The notes under the pieces are model-generated. The model saw nothing but the letters and a program-made list of their open reading frames with translations, did not search any database and was not told the DNA's origin. DNA of 64,000 bases, taken from assembly GCA_951406725.2 (NCBI GenBank), contig OX597831.1, positions 6,448,001 through 6,512,000 of the forward strand, written 5' to 3'. How positions within the stretch are numbered: position 1 is the stretch's first letter; each line of letters starts with the position of its first letter. Made by a program: the position numbers and the translations under genes. This DNA comes from Octopus vulgaris. Its lineage: Eukaryota. Positions 11,755 through 26,830 of this stretch are shown here, piece after piece.

Positions 11755-11795
<41 letters not shown>

Positions 11796-12721
11796 ACACA
11801 AACTTGAATGTACACACACACACATACATACATACATATCTATAGAGAATTGCAGAAGAAACAATTTCCAGATCTTATGAATGTAAATCTAAACAAGATT
11901 ACAAAGTTTCACAATTGGGAGTTTTTGCTTTTTTATGATCAAGATGTTTAAATTCAGGTATCAACAGAGATCTTTTTTTTTTCTTTTCTTTTTTGTACAA
12001 TATAGAACATTGGTACCCTGGTACAATGAACTGAGAATTATTATAATGAAAACACAAATAGTCTATTTTTATTCCATTTACATCTAGGATGCCTTAAAGG
12101 AATATTAAAAACATCAACCCCAGTGTTCCACTGGTACTTTATTTATCGACCCCCAGAAGGATGAAAGGCAAAGTTGACCTTGGCAGGACTTCAACTCAGA
12201 ATGTAAAGAACTGTAACAAAATACAGCAGGCATTTGGTGTTCAATGCACCAACGATCCTACCAATCCAACACCTAACAGAAGTTCTCAAAACCTGTTCCC
12301 TTTTCCTGTCAAATTCTGCTCCTCCGATTGTTCAGTAGAATCAGTTTGGACCACTCGTGTTTGGTAAGTTAAAGCTAGGATTTTATTCTTGGACATAAAA
12401 AGAAAAAAAAAAATAGAAAACTTCGACTGGTGCAGTTCAAGTTGAAGATTGGGTTTTTTGTTGCTTTTTTTTTAAATGCAAAATCAAAAAAAAAAAAAAA
12501 ACCAAACCTGTAACAGCATTTAGGCGAAATTGACATTTTCTAAAATTGAATATTTCTCAAAATTTTTTGTCACCATTATTAATAATTCCGTCAAATATAT
12601 ATGTGCGTGTGTATGTGTGTGTGTGCGTGCGTGCGTAAGCATACATATGTATAAGTTTGTATGTATATATATATACATATATATGTATGTACATTATGTA
12701 TATACACACATGCCTATACAT

Positions 12722-12754
<33 letters not shown>

Positions 12755-14084
12755 AAATATAAAAAAAACATACACCTTACATTTCAAAATATGAGTATGT
12801 ATATACACACACATATATGTATATGCTTGCACATGTATGTGCATGCGCATTTAGAAAGGAGACATGGCTGATTTAGAATATACTGTCGAATGGCATATAT
12901 GTGCCATTCCAGGCAAGGAATTCAGTGAGAGCAGGCTAGGAACTGAAGTTGACCGAAGAAACAGTAATATTGGAAGTCGAAATGAATTTTGCCAAGATAA
13001 TGGATGTGAATGACAGTTCACAGTCAACACAGACCTACAACCAGATAATAGACCAAAGTGAATTCTTTACAACAAACTGTCAATGAATGTTCATAATAAC
13101 AAACCTTATTTATAACAAAACTTCATTAATGCCTCTTTTAGTTTGACCAAGAGGGTGGGGTGTGGGGGCAAGAGGAGAAAAATGTGGTGAAATTACAAAG
13201 CAAGATTTATAGAATGTCCTGAGGAAGAAAAACTGCAACAGAATTAATAAATAGCTGAAAACATCACCTCCAAGAAAAGCCAATAGCTACGGAATATCAA
13301 AACATTACCATCAACAGATAAACAGTTTTTGTACAAAATCTAGCTGCCTGCTTTGTCAATGGAGACTGTGTTTGGCTTGTGAGTTGCTGCTATTGAATCA
13401 AACTTTTACAAACTGGATAGGAGAGAATAGTATTAATAATTATAATATCCTTTGGAAAGCCACTAGCAAACATATAGAGCGTACGTTTATTATTAACTAA
13501 AGAAAACTTATGTCTACAGAACTTCTTTTTACTCTTTTCCTATTTCATTTCAAAGAACCTTGGCACAAACTAAATATATTCAACATTATGCCTGAATGAA
13601 ACAAAAATATATATTTCTGCTAAAACTTCTCTTGCAAACGTCCAAGTCTAGAAATAAAATTCTGTTGGAAACAAAAACAATGAAATGACAAGAAAAAAGC
13701 AAAATTTTTTTTTTTTATTTATTTCTTCAATTTTCTACAGCCTTATGAGTTTCAAATATATTTCATAGAGAACCAATTTTATGTTTCATCTCTCTCCCTC
13801 CAAACCTTCCCTTTCCAGATGATGTAATTAAAGAAAATCCTTTGGTAACAAATTATATTGGGGAGAAAAAAAAAACAAAAAAAAAACTGTAGACTTTTTA
13901 TGTCAAAATACATTTTGTACAGAATTATTATTATTATTATTATTATATACTTAGAGACTTCACACAATGGAGATGACACAACCATGAAACCAACTCTGCC
14001 ATTTATTTATTTATTTCAACCACTCAAACTCCATTCTACATATATGCACTCATGTAAGATTTTACATACATATGACACACACAC

Positions 14085-14132
<48 letters not shown>

Positions 14133-15230
14133 GACAGTTACACTACCTTTTACAAGTAGTTCATAAGACTTTGCAAAATATACTTGGTCAATCCAAACTA
14201 TTAGTGCAGAGCAGCCATTTGCCAGACAAGAGATGGAAAAAAAAAAAAAAAAAGGAAAAAGAAACAGCTGTTATAGAAACATATAACTATGAAACTAGGC
14301 TGAAGTTGAACCATAAGGAGGGATTAAGAGACAGGGGAGGAGAGTGAGAGAAAGCAAGGCCTTCACTCGATTGGATTTTTAACAGGATCTTGAAATACTC
14401 ATAACCAGAAATGAGATTTTATATACACTCACACAGAATTATATGAAAGACAGCCACTTCTGCACTAAAGTAACCTTGCCAAACAGCATAACATCCAAGA
14501 AGAGCAGGAAGTCGATGGATTGAGCAGAAAGAAAGTTATCGAATCGGTAATGGTTAAACATCATTTTAGGTTTCAAGTTGAGAGAAGCTCAAGTTGAGAG
14601 AAGCTCAAGTGGAGCAAGTAAGAAATTAAAATTTAAAAAAAACAAAGTTTTGCTTGATTAGTTGGTTGGCTGCTTGGACTGTTCAGAGAAAAACTTGGCC
14701 CAAACGACATCTCATTTGGGGGTCATCAATTATAAACAGAAAACACTACAGAAAAAATATCTCATCAAAGTATCATTAATTTATTTAAATGTTTAAATTA
14801 TTTATTATAATCGCTAGAAGAGGGGGGTAAGAAAAATGAATAAAATAGATGCATAGTTATTGGTGGTTAACAGAATTAAGGGCAAATTTATCAAGCAGAT
14901 TTTTTTTTTGTTTTTTTTTGTTTTTAACAGAATTTAGTTTCTGAGATAGGACAGAAAGAAAAAAAAAATACATTAACAGCTTCCTACGATTTTCTTAAGG
15001 TTGTTTGTCATTGCAGATTTAAAGAAAAAAACATAAGATGATGCTCAACTACATTTTTTTCTTCAAAAAGATTAAGAGGTCATTGAGATTTTGAAACAGT
15101 TTTTTTTTTTTTTCCTTTTTTTTTGTTTGTTTGTTAGAGAATGTTTGGTTTCAATCTGTAGAGAAGATTATTATGAATAATATTTCTGATTTGAAATAAA
15201 TAATATAAGGAGGAATGGACAGATTTTTAT

Positions 15231-15264
<34 letters not shown>

Positions 15265-15700
15265 CTTAAAAAGCGAACATAGAGCCTAAGAGATCAGAAG
15301 ATCACACAATTCACTTAGCTGCACAATCGTATTCAGTGAAGCCATGGAGATAATATGTACAGACGCAGTCATGCACATCTTGTGAATGTGATGACCAAAT
15401 GACCATGCGATTATTGCTTTCCATCCGCACTGGAATCCAGGCTGCTATGACAAGTACTAAAGTAGTAAAGAGTAGTAGACATAACAGAGGCAATATATCT
15501 GTCACACCATCTGTGAGTCAGTAAATGTTGCAAGAGCGGTTTACAAGTGTGTCTGCTCCACCCCCTTCACCCCTGTCTAGCCAGCGGCCTGCCTGCTTTC
15601 ACCCACTCCCTTGCCCCCCTCCCCTCCCCACCCCTCCCTTTGTCACAGTGTTTCTGTTGGGTCTCTGCAGCCAGTCTTTTCTTTTCCTATACATAGGGGG
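11575..15700 (-). other. Probable long Rab11 3'UTR (up to about 4.1 kb) with several candidate poly(A) signals
   Basis: Almost TE-free and U-rich on the minus strand. Minus-strand AATAAA occurs near 14801, 13487, 12382, 12068 and 11596; the last is followed by a U/GU-rich tract. The true end cannot be fixed from sequence alone. Confidence 0.5.
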
Positions 15701-15840
15701 TTACGCAGCACAACATTGCTTTTTCCCTCCTGTAGAATTATCTGTTGGAGCAACAGTGATCGTCTGGACATTTGCACTGATTGAGTTATCGTCATCTGGA
15801 CTTTCACGGATCTGTTTCTGAGAAACAATTTTGTAAATTT
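15701..15840 (-). CDS. Rab11: Rab11 coding exon 6 (EIYKIVSQKQIRESPDDDNSISANVQTITVAPTDNSTGGKKQCCAA*)
   Basis: Poly-T tract and ctttcag| acceptor, 140 nt to TAA. Encodes the EIYKIVSQKQ helix, a hypervariable tail and a CCxx double-cysteine geranylgeranylation motif. Confidence 0.96.
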
Positions 15841-16113
15841 CTGAAAGAGTAAAAAAAAAAAAAAAAATTTTTTTAAATAAGTAGTCAGAATAACAAACAA
15901 GATGCAGATAACAAAATGTTTCTTAAAAATTATTTTACTCTCCTCTACTTACATTAGTTTTTTGCCAGCTCCTCTACAGTTAAACCTGCATCCTCCTCAA
16001 CAGCTGCCATCTACTGTTGTCCATCAAAGACAAAAACCAGACAACTGGCAAATACTATTGAAACCAAGAACAATATTCAATGCATGCATGCACACACAAA
16101 CACGCACGCACGC

Positions 16114-16332
16114 ATGATGGGGAGCTGAAAAGTTCCTGGCTTTGGGTAAAAGGAATTACAGGAGAATCGGTTAATTATGATTTTATTCAACATATTCCCC
16201 TCTCAGATTCACACACTTATTGCAGTGGTCCTTCAGGTTTTCTAAGTCCTGTAAAGGAACTCAGAAGGTTGGGCCTCCAACCAGGACTTTTGCGATACTC
16301 AAAGCCAGAAACCTTTCAGCATTACCTTGAAT
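16114..16332. mobile_element. Mariner-type MITE in Rab11 intron 5
   Basis: Imperfect terminal inverted repeats gctgaaaagttcctggctttg / caaagccagaaacctttcagc. Confidence 0.65.
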
Positions 16333-16514
16333 ACACACACAGAAACACTCATACAAACCCACTGAAACACTGACTTTTTCGTGTGCAAAGTATTGGAATA
16401 GAATTCTTTTCTCAAGTTCTAATGTCATCCCATCAGCTAAGAGATTCTAGCAACTCGAAAGCAGCTGTGAAGTCCACCAATGGTGGGCATTGCTAGAAAA
16501 GCCATTGCTCTTTC

Positions 16515-17290
16515 AGGAAGACCTGGGATGAAGTGGTGAAGCACGACCTTCAAACTTTGGGCCTCACCAAGGAAATGACTAGTGACCGAGACTTTTGGAA
16601 ATATGCCGTGTGTGAGAAGACCCGGCAAGCCAAATGAGACCATAATCTCGTGGCCTATGACAGGGGCGTTACCAGCCCACTTATGCGTACATTTTCCTTC
16701 TTTGGACACTAAAACTCTGCTTGCGAAGACCTGTTGAGGCAAGTGAATTTAAAATCAAAATCGATGTCTGGCGTCCGTGCTAGCGGGGTGCAAAGAGCAC
16801 CATACGAGTGTGATCATTGACAGAGCGGCTAACCAGCTTCTGTGCCAGTGGCACTTAGGCACCATTCGAGCATGATCGTTACCAGCGTCGCCTTACTGGC
16901 ACTCGAGCCCCATGCTAGTAGGGTATTAAGAGCACCATCCGAGCATGATCGTTGCCAGAGCGGCTATCTGGCCTCCGTGCTGGTGGCACGTAAAAGACAC
17001 CATTCGAGCATGATCGTTACCAAAGTCGCCTTACTGGCACCTGTGCTGGTGGCATGTGCAAAAAGATTCGAGCGAGGTTGTTGCCAGAACCGCCTGACTG
17101 GCTCCATGCCGGTGGCATGTAAAAGTATCCACTACACTCTCGGAGTGGTTGGCGTTAGGAAGGGCATCCAGCTGTAGAAACTTTGCCAGATCAAGATTGA
17201 AGCCTGGTGCAGCCATTTGGTTCACCAGCCCTCAGACATTCGTCCAACCCATGCTAGCATGGAAAGTGGACGTTAAATGATGATGATGAT
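16515..17290 (+). mobile_element. RTE family 1, ORF C-terminus plus complete 3'UTR
   Basis: RKTWDEVVKHDLQTLGLTKEMTSDRDFWKYAVCEKTRQAK*, then a ~650-nt UTR and (GAT)n. Confidence 0.85.
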
Positions 17291-18003
17291 AATTTACGTC
17301 ACTCAAATTCCAAACATCCCTAGTAGAGTGAACTTAGATCTACAGTCAAGATTTCCACCCTCAATTTCTCCCCAACATTAATTGTTCTTTAACTATTGAT
17401 ATACCACTTCACAATGACAAAGGCCTTGTCTATTTCGATTGGAAATGTTTTGGAAGGTTCATTAATTATTCCCTATCATTATCAAATACTTTCACAGAAT
17501 GCCTAAAACTCAATATGACGAAAAGGATTTAAAGTTCTCAAAACGATATTATAAAAACTTCAATATTAAAAAAGTAAAATTTTTCTAAAGCTTTTTTTTT
17601 TTATAGAGAGTAATTTTTTTTTAATTTTCTTTCTTTTTTATAAGGTACAGCCAGCAAAATGAAACTGACAAACTATTAAATACCAATATATAATGTCTTA
17701 GGTCACAGGGCATTAGAGATTTACTGTCTGGATTAAGACTATCATCACCAAGAATAGTAGTTTTGTAGTAGTAGTAGTAGTAGTAAACTACTCAACAAAA
17801 TGTCAGAGGATTTGTTTTGTTTATTTATCAGCAAATCCTCAATTTGTAAAAATTTACTGATCTTCATTCCGTTCATCCAGAATCGTTACATCCCTTCCAA
17901 TTAAACTTATCAAAATATAATTTTCTTTTCTTTTTCATTAGATTCCTGGCAACAACAACAAAATAACAATCAAGCTGAAAAGATGCTGAAAAGCTCGTCA
18001 TAC

Positions 18004-18084
18004 CTGTTAAGATATTTTGAAAGGCTGCTTCCACATTAGTTGAATCTAAAGCTGATGTTTCTATGAAGGAAAGGTTGTGTTTCT
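18004..18084 (-). CDS. Rab11: Rab11 coding exon 5 ([27 protein letters not shown]; G5)
   Basis: cttctccag| acceptor, 81 nt, G|gtatga donor. Contains the ETSAL motif. Confidence 0.96.
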
Positions 18085-18792
18085 CTGGAGAAGAAGGAAA
18101 GAAGAAAAAAAAGGCACTCTTTTATAAGAACACTGAGCCAGAAACAATAAGTTAACTATAAACAGGGAAAGGCTTTTAGAGGAATTAGAAAATAGCTTCA
18201 GTACCATTAAAAAACAAAACATGTACACCATAATGTCAATAACAAAAAGGTAACTATATACATTTTCTTTGACATTTTGCAGGGAGTCATTCCAACAGAA
18301 TTTAATCTATGACAAACAGTTGCTTCTATCTTTCCACCAATCTCTAATTATAGTTTCAGGTCAACAGACTTATTTCTCAAATATCACTGATGAAAGAATT
18401 TTAAACTGACTTTTCCAAAACAGTTTTTTTCTTGAAATTTAAACTAAAGTCACTAATTTTATATATATAACTTATTTAAAAAAATAAAATTGACATTTAA
18501 CTTCCATTTGAACAAAATATCGTCTGAGACCCGATTTCGGAATCCGACAGCACTAATTTAGGGGTCATTAATTTTAGCTAACAAAGATGGCCTCTTCCTG
18601 GCAAATGATAGAAACAAAATTCACCAGATTTTGAGAATTACAACAAATCTGGACATTAATCTGAATATTAAAAGAAAAAGTAAACAAATACTTAGCTTGT
18701 TAATTATGCAAACATAATTGAAACTAATGCTCCTTCGTTATAAAGCAGTTATTTAATATTAGACACAAATTTAGAACAAAAACAATTTTTCT

Positions 18793-18930
18793 CGTTAGGA
18801 AGGGCATCCTGCTGTAGAAACACTGCCAGATCAGACTGGAGCCTGGTGCAGCCTCCTGGCTTCCCAGACCCCAGTCGAACCGTCCAACCCATGCTAGCAT
18901 GGAAAGCGGACGTTAAACGATGATGATGAT
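18793..18930 (+). mobile_element. RTE family 1, short 3' end
   Basis: Conserved 3' module and GAT tail. Confidence 0.8.
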
Positions 18931-19788
18931 GTGATATTAAAGACCATGCTACATGAAGTACCAGTTGAATATCTTATGTTCAACTCTCCATGTTGACATA
19001 GTTTGAACGATTGACGCAACAGCAATGGTAATTTTGCTATTTGGAACATGACCTTTACACTCACTTTTGAACAGTTGGTGTTGAGACAGTAACTGGAAAC
19101 GCGTCTGAAACAGGTTAAGGGGTTTTTAGTCTTCAATAAGTTTCAGTTTCAGGCTAAATCATCCCAGTTTTTCCCTTCACCTGCATTATTCATATACTTC
19201 TATCTTGGGTCAAGATTATTGCACAACTGCAATTTAAATTACAGATTGTAAAATGCTAGTATTTCTGCAGCTTACAAGGGTCAGCATCTCAATATAGTAG
19301 AAATTTAAAACCAGTGAGAATCACATGTCTCAAACGTGAAGCACAACACAGTGCTAGAAATGCAAGACAAATTATCAGCCCTTCAGCCAGCCAACAGTGA
19401 CACCACCACCTCTATGATGTTAGAGACCATCAAATCAGTTTTATAATAATAATAATAATCTTGAATTTTGAAATTGCATGTGATATACAGACATAGGGTA
19501 GTGACAAAGTTAACATGACTGACCAGAAACAGGGGTCTGAAAACCACAAAAAAAAAACTGATCTGAAAATACAACTAAGGATCAGGCATGAAGTGCTAAT
19601 ATAGATGAGGCAATGAGGCTGAATCTTATGGAACTTACTTCAAGCCAACTGAGTTTACAAACAAAGACAGACAAACTTTGAAGGGGAGGACAAATTAAAT
19701 CTGTCTTCAACAGGCCTCTAACTTCTTACCATAAGTATAATTAGTGGTTACCTAATGACTAGGAGCACAACAAACTATACTAAACCTA

Positions 19789-20498
<710 letters not shown>

Positions 20499-20939
20499 TA
20501 TATATATATATATATGTATAATTTTAATGCAAAATATAATCAGCAAGGATCTAATTCCTAAGTTTTCACCTTCTGTATGAAAGAAAGAAAATTTGAAGAA
20601 AACTTAATTGTTGGAGATCCTTATTCAGGATCTCAAAGAAGTCACCCAACCCACCAAAAAAAAAAAAATCCAACAAAAAGAGTGAGTAGAAAGGTGAAAG
20701 ATTTATTCATCTTTAAGAAATAGAATTTTAATATTATTGAAGAAGCAAGGAATCGACAGAATCAGTAGAGTAATGGCTACACTGACTTGTATTTAGTCAT
20801 CCCAATTCTGATTTCCAATCCTACCAGTGGTCACTTTGCCTTTCATCGTTATGGAATCAACAAAAAGCAACAACCACGTGCTAATGTTCTTTACCAGAAC
20901 CTCTCCCTCCCTTACAAACATGTGGCACTTTTGCCTTGG

Positions 20940-21122
20940 TCCGGTGGCACGTAAAAAGCACCCACTACACTCATGGAGTGGTTGGCATTAGGAAGGGCAT
21001 CCAGCTGTAGAAACATTGCCAGATCAGACTGGAGCTTGGTGCAGCCTTCTGGCTTCCCAGACCCCGGTTGAACCATCCAACTCATACTAGCATGGAAAAC
21101 AGACGTTAAATGATGATGATGA
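20940..21122 (+). mobile_element. RTE family 1, short 3' end
   Basis: Conserved 3' module and GAT tail. Confidence 0.8.
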
Positions 21123-21331
21123 AAGCTACTGCATAGAATTCTATATTACATTCAAAGTTCAAAATGATATTGTCCCTTAACTAACCTAAAATGGTAAATA
21201 AAGAACTCGGCACCCCTTCATTAATGAGAAATTGAAAGCAACTCACAAGTGATATAAATCAAATATTCATTGAACAACTGTTTAAACGTGACTGATGCTG
21301 ACAACTTGAGACTTTCAAAGTGGAATACTTA

Positions 21332-21439
<108 letters not shown>

Positions 21440-22099
21440 TTAGTTATTGCACTCTTCAAATGTAACAAAATAGAAATAATATAATAAAACAATGTAATAA
21501 GGTGAATGCTTTTCTTTAAAACAAAAGAGAAAACCAACCTTTTATTTCTTGTTCAAATAATTATAAAGTATTCGATTTATTTTAAGAAGTTCAGAATAAG
21601 AAACAAAGAAACAACCTTTCATAGAGTATCATTGTATGGGACAACATTCCTATTTAATCCTTATCCCCATTAAAGAGAGAGAAACAAAAGACTATCTCAT
21701 CCACTACCAACTGAAAGGGGTTGTTCAAATATTCAGTTTGCATTATTTAAGGTACAACAGTTTCAGATGAGAGTCAAACAGAAGACCTTTATCTATCCAC
21801 CGGGGTTTATGTGGAAGCATTAAGTTTCTATTGAATTGTCTCCATTTCCCTGCTCCTGGTGAGATGAGATGAGTATAAGCAGGAGAATGGCTATAGCCAT
21901 CTTTTCATGTGTCTAGGCAAATAGTTATAAATTGTAAAGAAATACAACATGAAATGTTTTAAATCAAAGAGAAAAGATCTTTAAAAGTTCTGAAGAACAT
22001 ACTTGAATAATATATAAAAGAAAACTTGTGAAATCCTACAAGATTTAAATTTAGAATTAAAATGTTACTTCCAATACTGATATAGGAAAGATTCCCAAG

Positions 22100-22440
22100 A
22101 CCCAGAAACATGTTGGACGAAGTACCAAGAAAGGATCTTCACACATTGGGCCTCACAGAGAGGATGGCAAGGGGCCGAGACTTCTGAAGGTTTGTTGTGC
22201 TTGAGAAGACTAAGTAAAATCATGGATCTTTCTTGCATCCTTCTTTAACTGGGTGATCCTAATCTTGTAGGCTTTTGAGTGCTGGTGCCATATAAATGGC
22301 ACCCAGTCCACACACTGTAAAGTGGTTGGTGTTGGGGAAGGGCATCCAGACATGGAAACCACGTCGAAACAGACAAATGGAGCCCAGGTAGATCTTCAGC
22401 TGTCCAACCCATACCCGTATGGAAAACGGATAATGATGAC
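22100..22440 (+). mobile_element. RTE family 1, decayed ORF end and 3'UTR
   Basis: RPRNMLDEVPRKDLHTLGLTERMARGRD, then ggaagggcatccag. Confidence 0.7.
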
Positions 22441-22672
22441 ATGCAGTGTTGGAGCAAAGTTCTTCATCCTCTTACAATTAGCCATTCTATAACAACAGTC
22501 AAGTAGAATGTGACAAGTATGTAGCCTGTGAATAACAATTCCTGTGGCCAGGAAATACAGACCAATGCAGGGCAACACTCTTTTCCACTTTAATATAATT
22601 TCAACAGTTGACAGATATTTTAATGGCACAATGTTTGATAAAAAAATTTTTTTAAAGATTACAAAAAACTTA

Positions 22673-22900
<228 letters not shown>

Positions 22901-23654
22901 TCAGCTTTATTAGAGCGAAATTCATACATGGCTTTTATAATGAGTTTAATATAATGAATGTAATAGCAGATCTACTTTATCTGGTCTATGAAATAGATGG
23001 CCCTCTTCACTAGACCTTAGAGAAACCATTCCCCTGGATAAGACACCTGTCTATCTCAGGTAACTCACATAAGAAAAAAACAACACAGACTTGGTCAATG
23101 AGAGTTGAGTATTTTTGTCATGTAAGATCCGAACTGTTCATTACTAACTGGTTATTAACTATGGCAGGCACACATTCTGTCGATAAAATATATTAAGCTT
23201 CACTGAGAAATGGTCTTGAGTTTTCCAAAATATCTCCAGACATACCACATCTTATATTTGATCTTATCAATTTATATTACACAGATTTGTCTTTTGAGGT
23301 TAGAAATACTATTTGGGATTTAGTTTTAACAAATGACACCCCTACATTATCAATCAAAACAGACAATTCTTCAAATGTCTGACACTATGAAGATAAGCAA
23401 AAAAGCAGGATGCAACTGACAAATCATTACTGGTTCCATTTAACAAAGAGTAATTTCTTTTAGAGGAGATAAAATGGTAAGCGATGATCTTCAGGTCTTT
23501 GTTAAAGTCTCTATTAAGAGGAGCACAAGTGAGATAAATCTAGCTGCATCAGAGAATCTGAGAACTTAACTGGGGGTAGTGCTTGGTGCTACTGGTTATA
23601 AAATATCAAATGTTCACCTCTTATAAACTATTGTCCCGTTTCCATTATTGAGTA

Positions 23655-24043
23655 GCAGACGAAATACCTATTTGTTTACTACCCACAACGAGCTAAACAT
23701 AGAGAGGACAAACAAGGACAAACGGATTAAGTCGATTGTATTGACCCCAGTGTGTAACTGGTACTTATTTAATCGACCCCAAAAGGATGAAAGGTAAAGT
23801 CGACCTCGGCGGAATTTGAACTCAGAACGTAACAGCAGACAAAATACAGCTACGCATTTCGCCTGGCGTGCTAACGTTTCTGCCAGCTCACCGCCTAGTT
23901 ACGTAATGGCAGACGAAAAACCTATTTCTTTACTACCTACAAGGGGCTAAACACAGAGAGGACAAACAAGGACAGACAAACGGATTGAGTCAATTACATC
24001 GACCCCAGTGCGTAACTGGTACTTATTTAATCGACCCCAAAAG
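23655..24043 (-). mobile_element. Two adjacent SINE family B copies (23655-23895 full length; 23901-24043 partial)
   Basis: Reverse complement of the 3280 element. Confidence 0.85.
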
Positions 24044-24685
24044 GGCCATAGTTCAGGGAAAGAGGCGAGACACTGAAAATGAGGGAGAAAGAGGAATACA
24101 GCACAGCTATTCTTGTTATTTAGTGAATTTGTTGCTAATCAACAGGATGGACTTAATGAAACGTAGTGGAAAATGTGTGTGTGTGTGTGTGTGTGTGTGC
24201 ACGCATGGGGAAGCAGCACAGAGCTCAAGTATTTTTGTTCACTTTTAGATGGATGCTCAGATACAGATTGTAAAGCTTAGAATTTATAGGAAAATGGAGG
24301 ATTATATAAGTTTTGTTGTTGAAGAGTAGGGCAGTGTAATATAAGACTGTTGATAATTAGGCTGTTCCCATGAGTGGAGGCTTTTTGAGGGTGTCTTTAT
24401 TACAAGACCAGCAACAGGTACCAAGGATTCATAGATATGACACTTCTGAACAAGGTATGTTCATCCTAATTTTTAGTTAAGAAAGCCCAATAATTTATCC
24501 AAAGCTTTTATTTAATCAATGTCTTACATACCCTGGATTTCTAACTCATTATTTTGGAGCATTTAACATAAAACATCTGCCCTTACCAACACAATAAATA
24601 TATCAAAACCTTCCATCTTCACACCTTCATTTATCCGCACTCAACAGTTCACATCCAAAATATTCTTCTTCAATTGATCATTAGC

Positions 24686-24893
24686 TTACTCTTATGTGTT
24701 TCAGTCACTTGATTGCAGCCATGCTGGAGCACCACCTTTAGTCGAACAAACCCCCCCCCCCCCCCCAGGACATTCTAAGCCTAGTACTTATTCTATCAAT
24801 TTCTTTTGCCGAACCTCTAACTTATAGGGACGTAAACACACCAACATCAGTTGTCAAGTGATGGTGGGGAGGCGAACAGACAAATACATGCAT

Positions 24894-24925
<32 letters not shown>

Positions 24926-25066
24926 GATGGTCTTTCAGTTTCCATCTACCAAACCCACTCACTAGGCTATAGTAGAAGACACTTGCCCAAGGTGCCACGC
25001 AGTGGGACAGAACCTGGTACCATGTGATTGGGAAGCAAGCTTCTTACCACACAGCCACTCCTGCAC
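24686..25066 (-). mobile_element. SINE family A
   Basis: Reverse complement of 4002-4430. Confidence 0.8.
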
Positions 25067-25297
25067 TAACTATAAATTTAATGACTTTACAATTGTGAAA
25101 TAATAGTGTGTTTCACAAAACAAATTTGGAGAGAGAGAGAGAGAGAGAGAGATAGAGAGATAGAGAGATAGAGAGATAGAGAGATAGAGATGCTAATCAA
25201 CCAAGAATCTCATTTTGAAAAAAAAAAACAAAGTAATTGGAATTATTATTGTGAAGGGAGTGAGTGGAGAGTGCAATAGATGTGGTAGCAAGAATCA

Positions 25298-25328
<31 letters not shown>

Positions 25329-25854
25329 TAGTACAACCAGCTGCAGTCTGGTAATATATCTAATATAAACGAAGCTTTTATGCTAAATATTATTGCTAGA
25401 AGCTCTCTCCTGAATTGTACAGGCAAACAAAAATATGCTTAAGTTTGAACCATTAAAGTTAGCTCTACCTAAACAGACATCAAGAAAACCATTTCATATT
25501 CTGAAAGCTCCTCAATCCATTCCTTATACTCAAGAGTATTTACCACAAGATGAAAGAAAAATATTAAATTCAATTTTGCATTGTTATCATTGTGTTTCAT
25601 TGTTGTTGAGGAAATCTGGAAATATAGATCAACATTTTTTTACTTTAGAATGCCATTGGCAAAAGAGGGGAAAAAAACCTGATATGATGCAGTCTTGCAA
25701 ACTTTGTTTCTTATTCTCTCTTTTATTGAATCTTACTCAACACAAAGTCAGCTGATTATCGATTTATTGATAAATCTATCTTATGACCTAGTTTCAATTC
25801 ACACTTACGTTTTTGGACGGGCATGAATACCATAACGTTTTTCTGTAACATTAA

Positions 25855-26074
25855 CCCTTTCCTTACCAACCCGGCTAAAACCGGCCCTGGCTCTGAGTAC
25901 AAATGTGTTGTTTCCATAAGTTTTCAATTAAAATCTTCTACCAAACCTTAGTCACAATTTATGTTCCTAACACTAGGTGAATGATGACTATGTTATTTTA
26001 TTAAATTCTCTGTTATATTCAAAGTAATTGAAAGAAATACAGAGCCTCTCAAAATAAATACAGTAACGAAAGGG
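25855..26074. mobile_element. piggyBac-type MITE, opposite orientation to 8188
   Basis: TTAA|CCCTTTC...GTAACGAAAGGG|TGAA. Confidence 0.8.
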
Positions 26075-26489
26075 TGAAGGTGGTTCTGTCTGAAAAGTGA
26101 ATCTGGCCAGTTTAAAGGATATTGTTGAAGAAGTTACTGGAGAGTATTAAAACTCACAGAATAAAGATCCTTTCAAGAGTATCACTAAAACGATGTAATA
26201 ATGTTCAACTAATGTAATCCAAATGACAGCTAACATTATTTCAATCATAATCTTTAGCCGGATCTTGATTGATTAAGTATTTCAACAGGGCATTGAAAGT
26301 GAGAGAAAAATATCAAAGGCAGTTTTTTTCTTACACTAATTTTCAAAATAATATTTTTATTAAATATTTGCACATTATATTGGTTACAATGGTTTTGTTC
26401 CAAGTTTGATTTGTGTTAGAAACATGAACAAATTCAAACAATATTCAGATCAGCTCTTTTTGGATGAAACATCATCCAAAAATTTATAT

Positions 26490-26830
26490 CTGCTTTGTAT
26501 GCTGGTATGGGTTGGATGGGTCGCGAAAATACAAGTCAATTCTTTTCAAGAGTTACTAGCTTCCTGCATGGATCAAAAGCATGTCTCCTTCAGGCTTCAT
26601 TTTGGTTTAATTTGTCTGACTGGATGGATGCCCTTCCTATCATCAACCACTTCACAAACATACAGTGTATATTTTATCATGGCCCCTAACACTAGAGATA
26701 TTGTCATGTTCTTGACAAGGCTAAAAAAAAGTCCTCTTAACACTATGCTTTCTCTACACATTTGCCAGCTACTTTACAGAGTGTGATGGGTGCATCTGTC
26801 ACGGCACCAGCACAAGTGAGTTACTTTGTA
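26490..26830 (-). mobile_element. RTE family 1, decayed 3' end
   Basis: ggatgcccttcctatcatcaaccact and atgctggtatgggttggatgg. Confidence 0.6.

Noticed and set aside
15953-16044. Possible cassette exon before Rab11 exon 6 (AAT|gtaagt donor) giving an unprenylated C-terminus
   Set aside because: The acceptor has a weak pyrimidine tract, the frame hits a stop, and gtaagt occurs often by chance.
19075-19112. GAAACGCGTC with a small stem, hammerhead-like
   Set aside because: The CUGANGA box has two mismatches and no stem I can form.
22071-22117. ctgata...gaaacatgttgg hammerhead-like pattern
   Set aside because: It overlaps the RTE RPRKTWDEV coding remnant, and the core is not intact.
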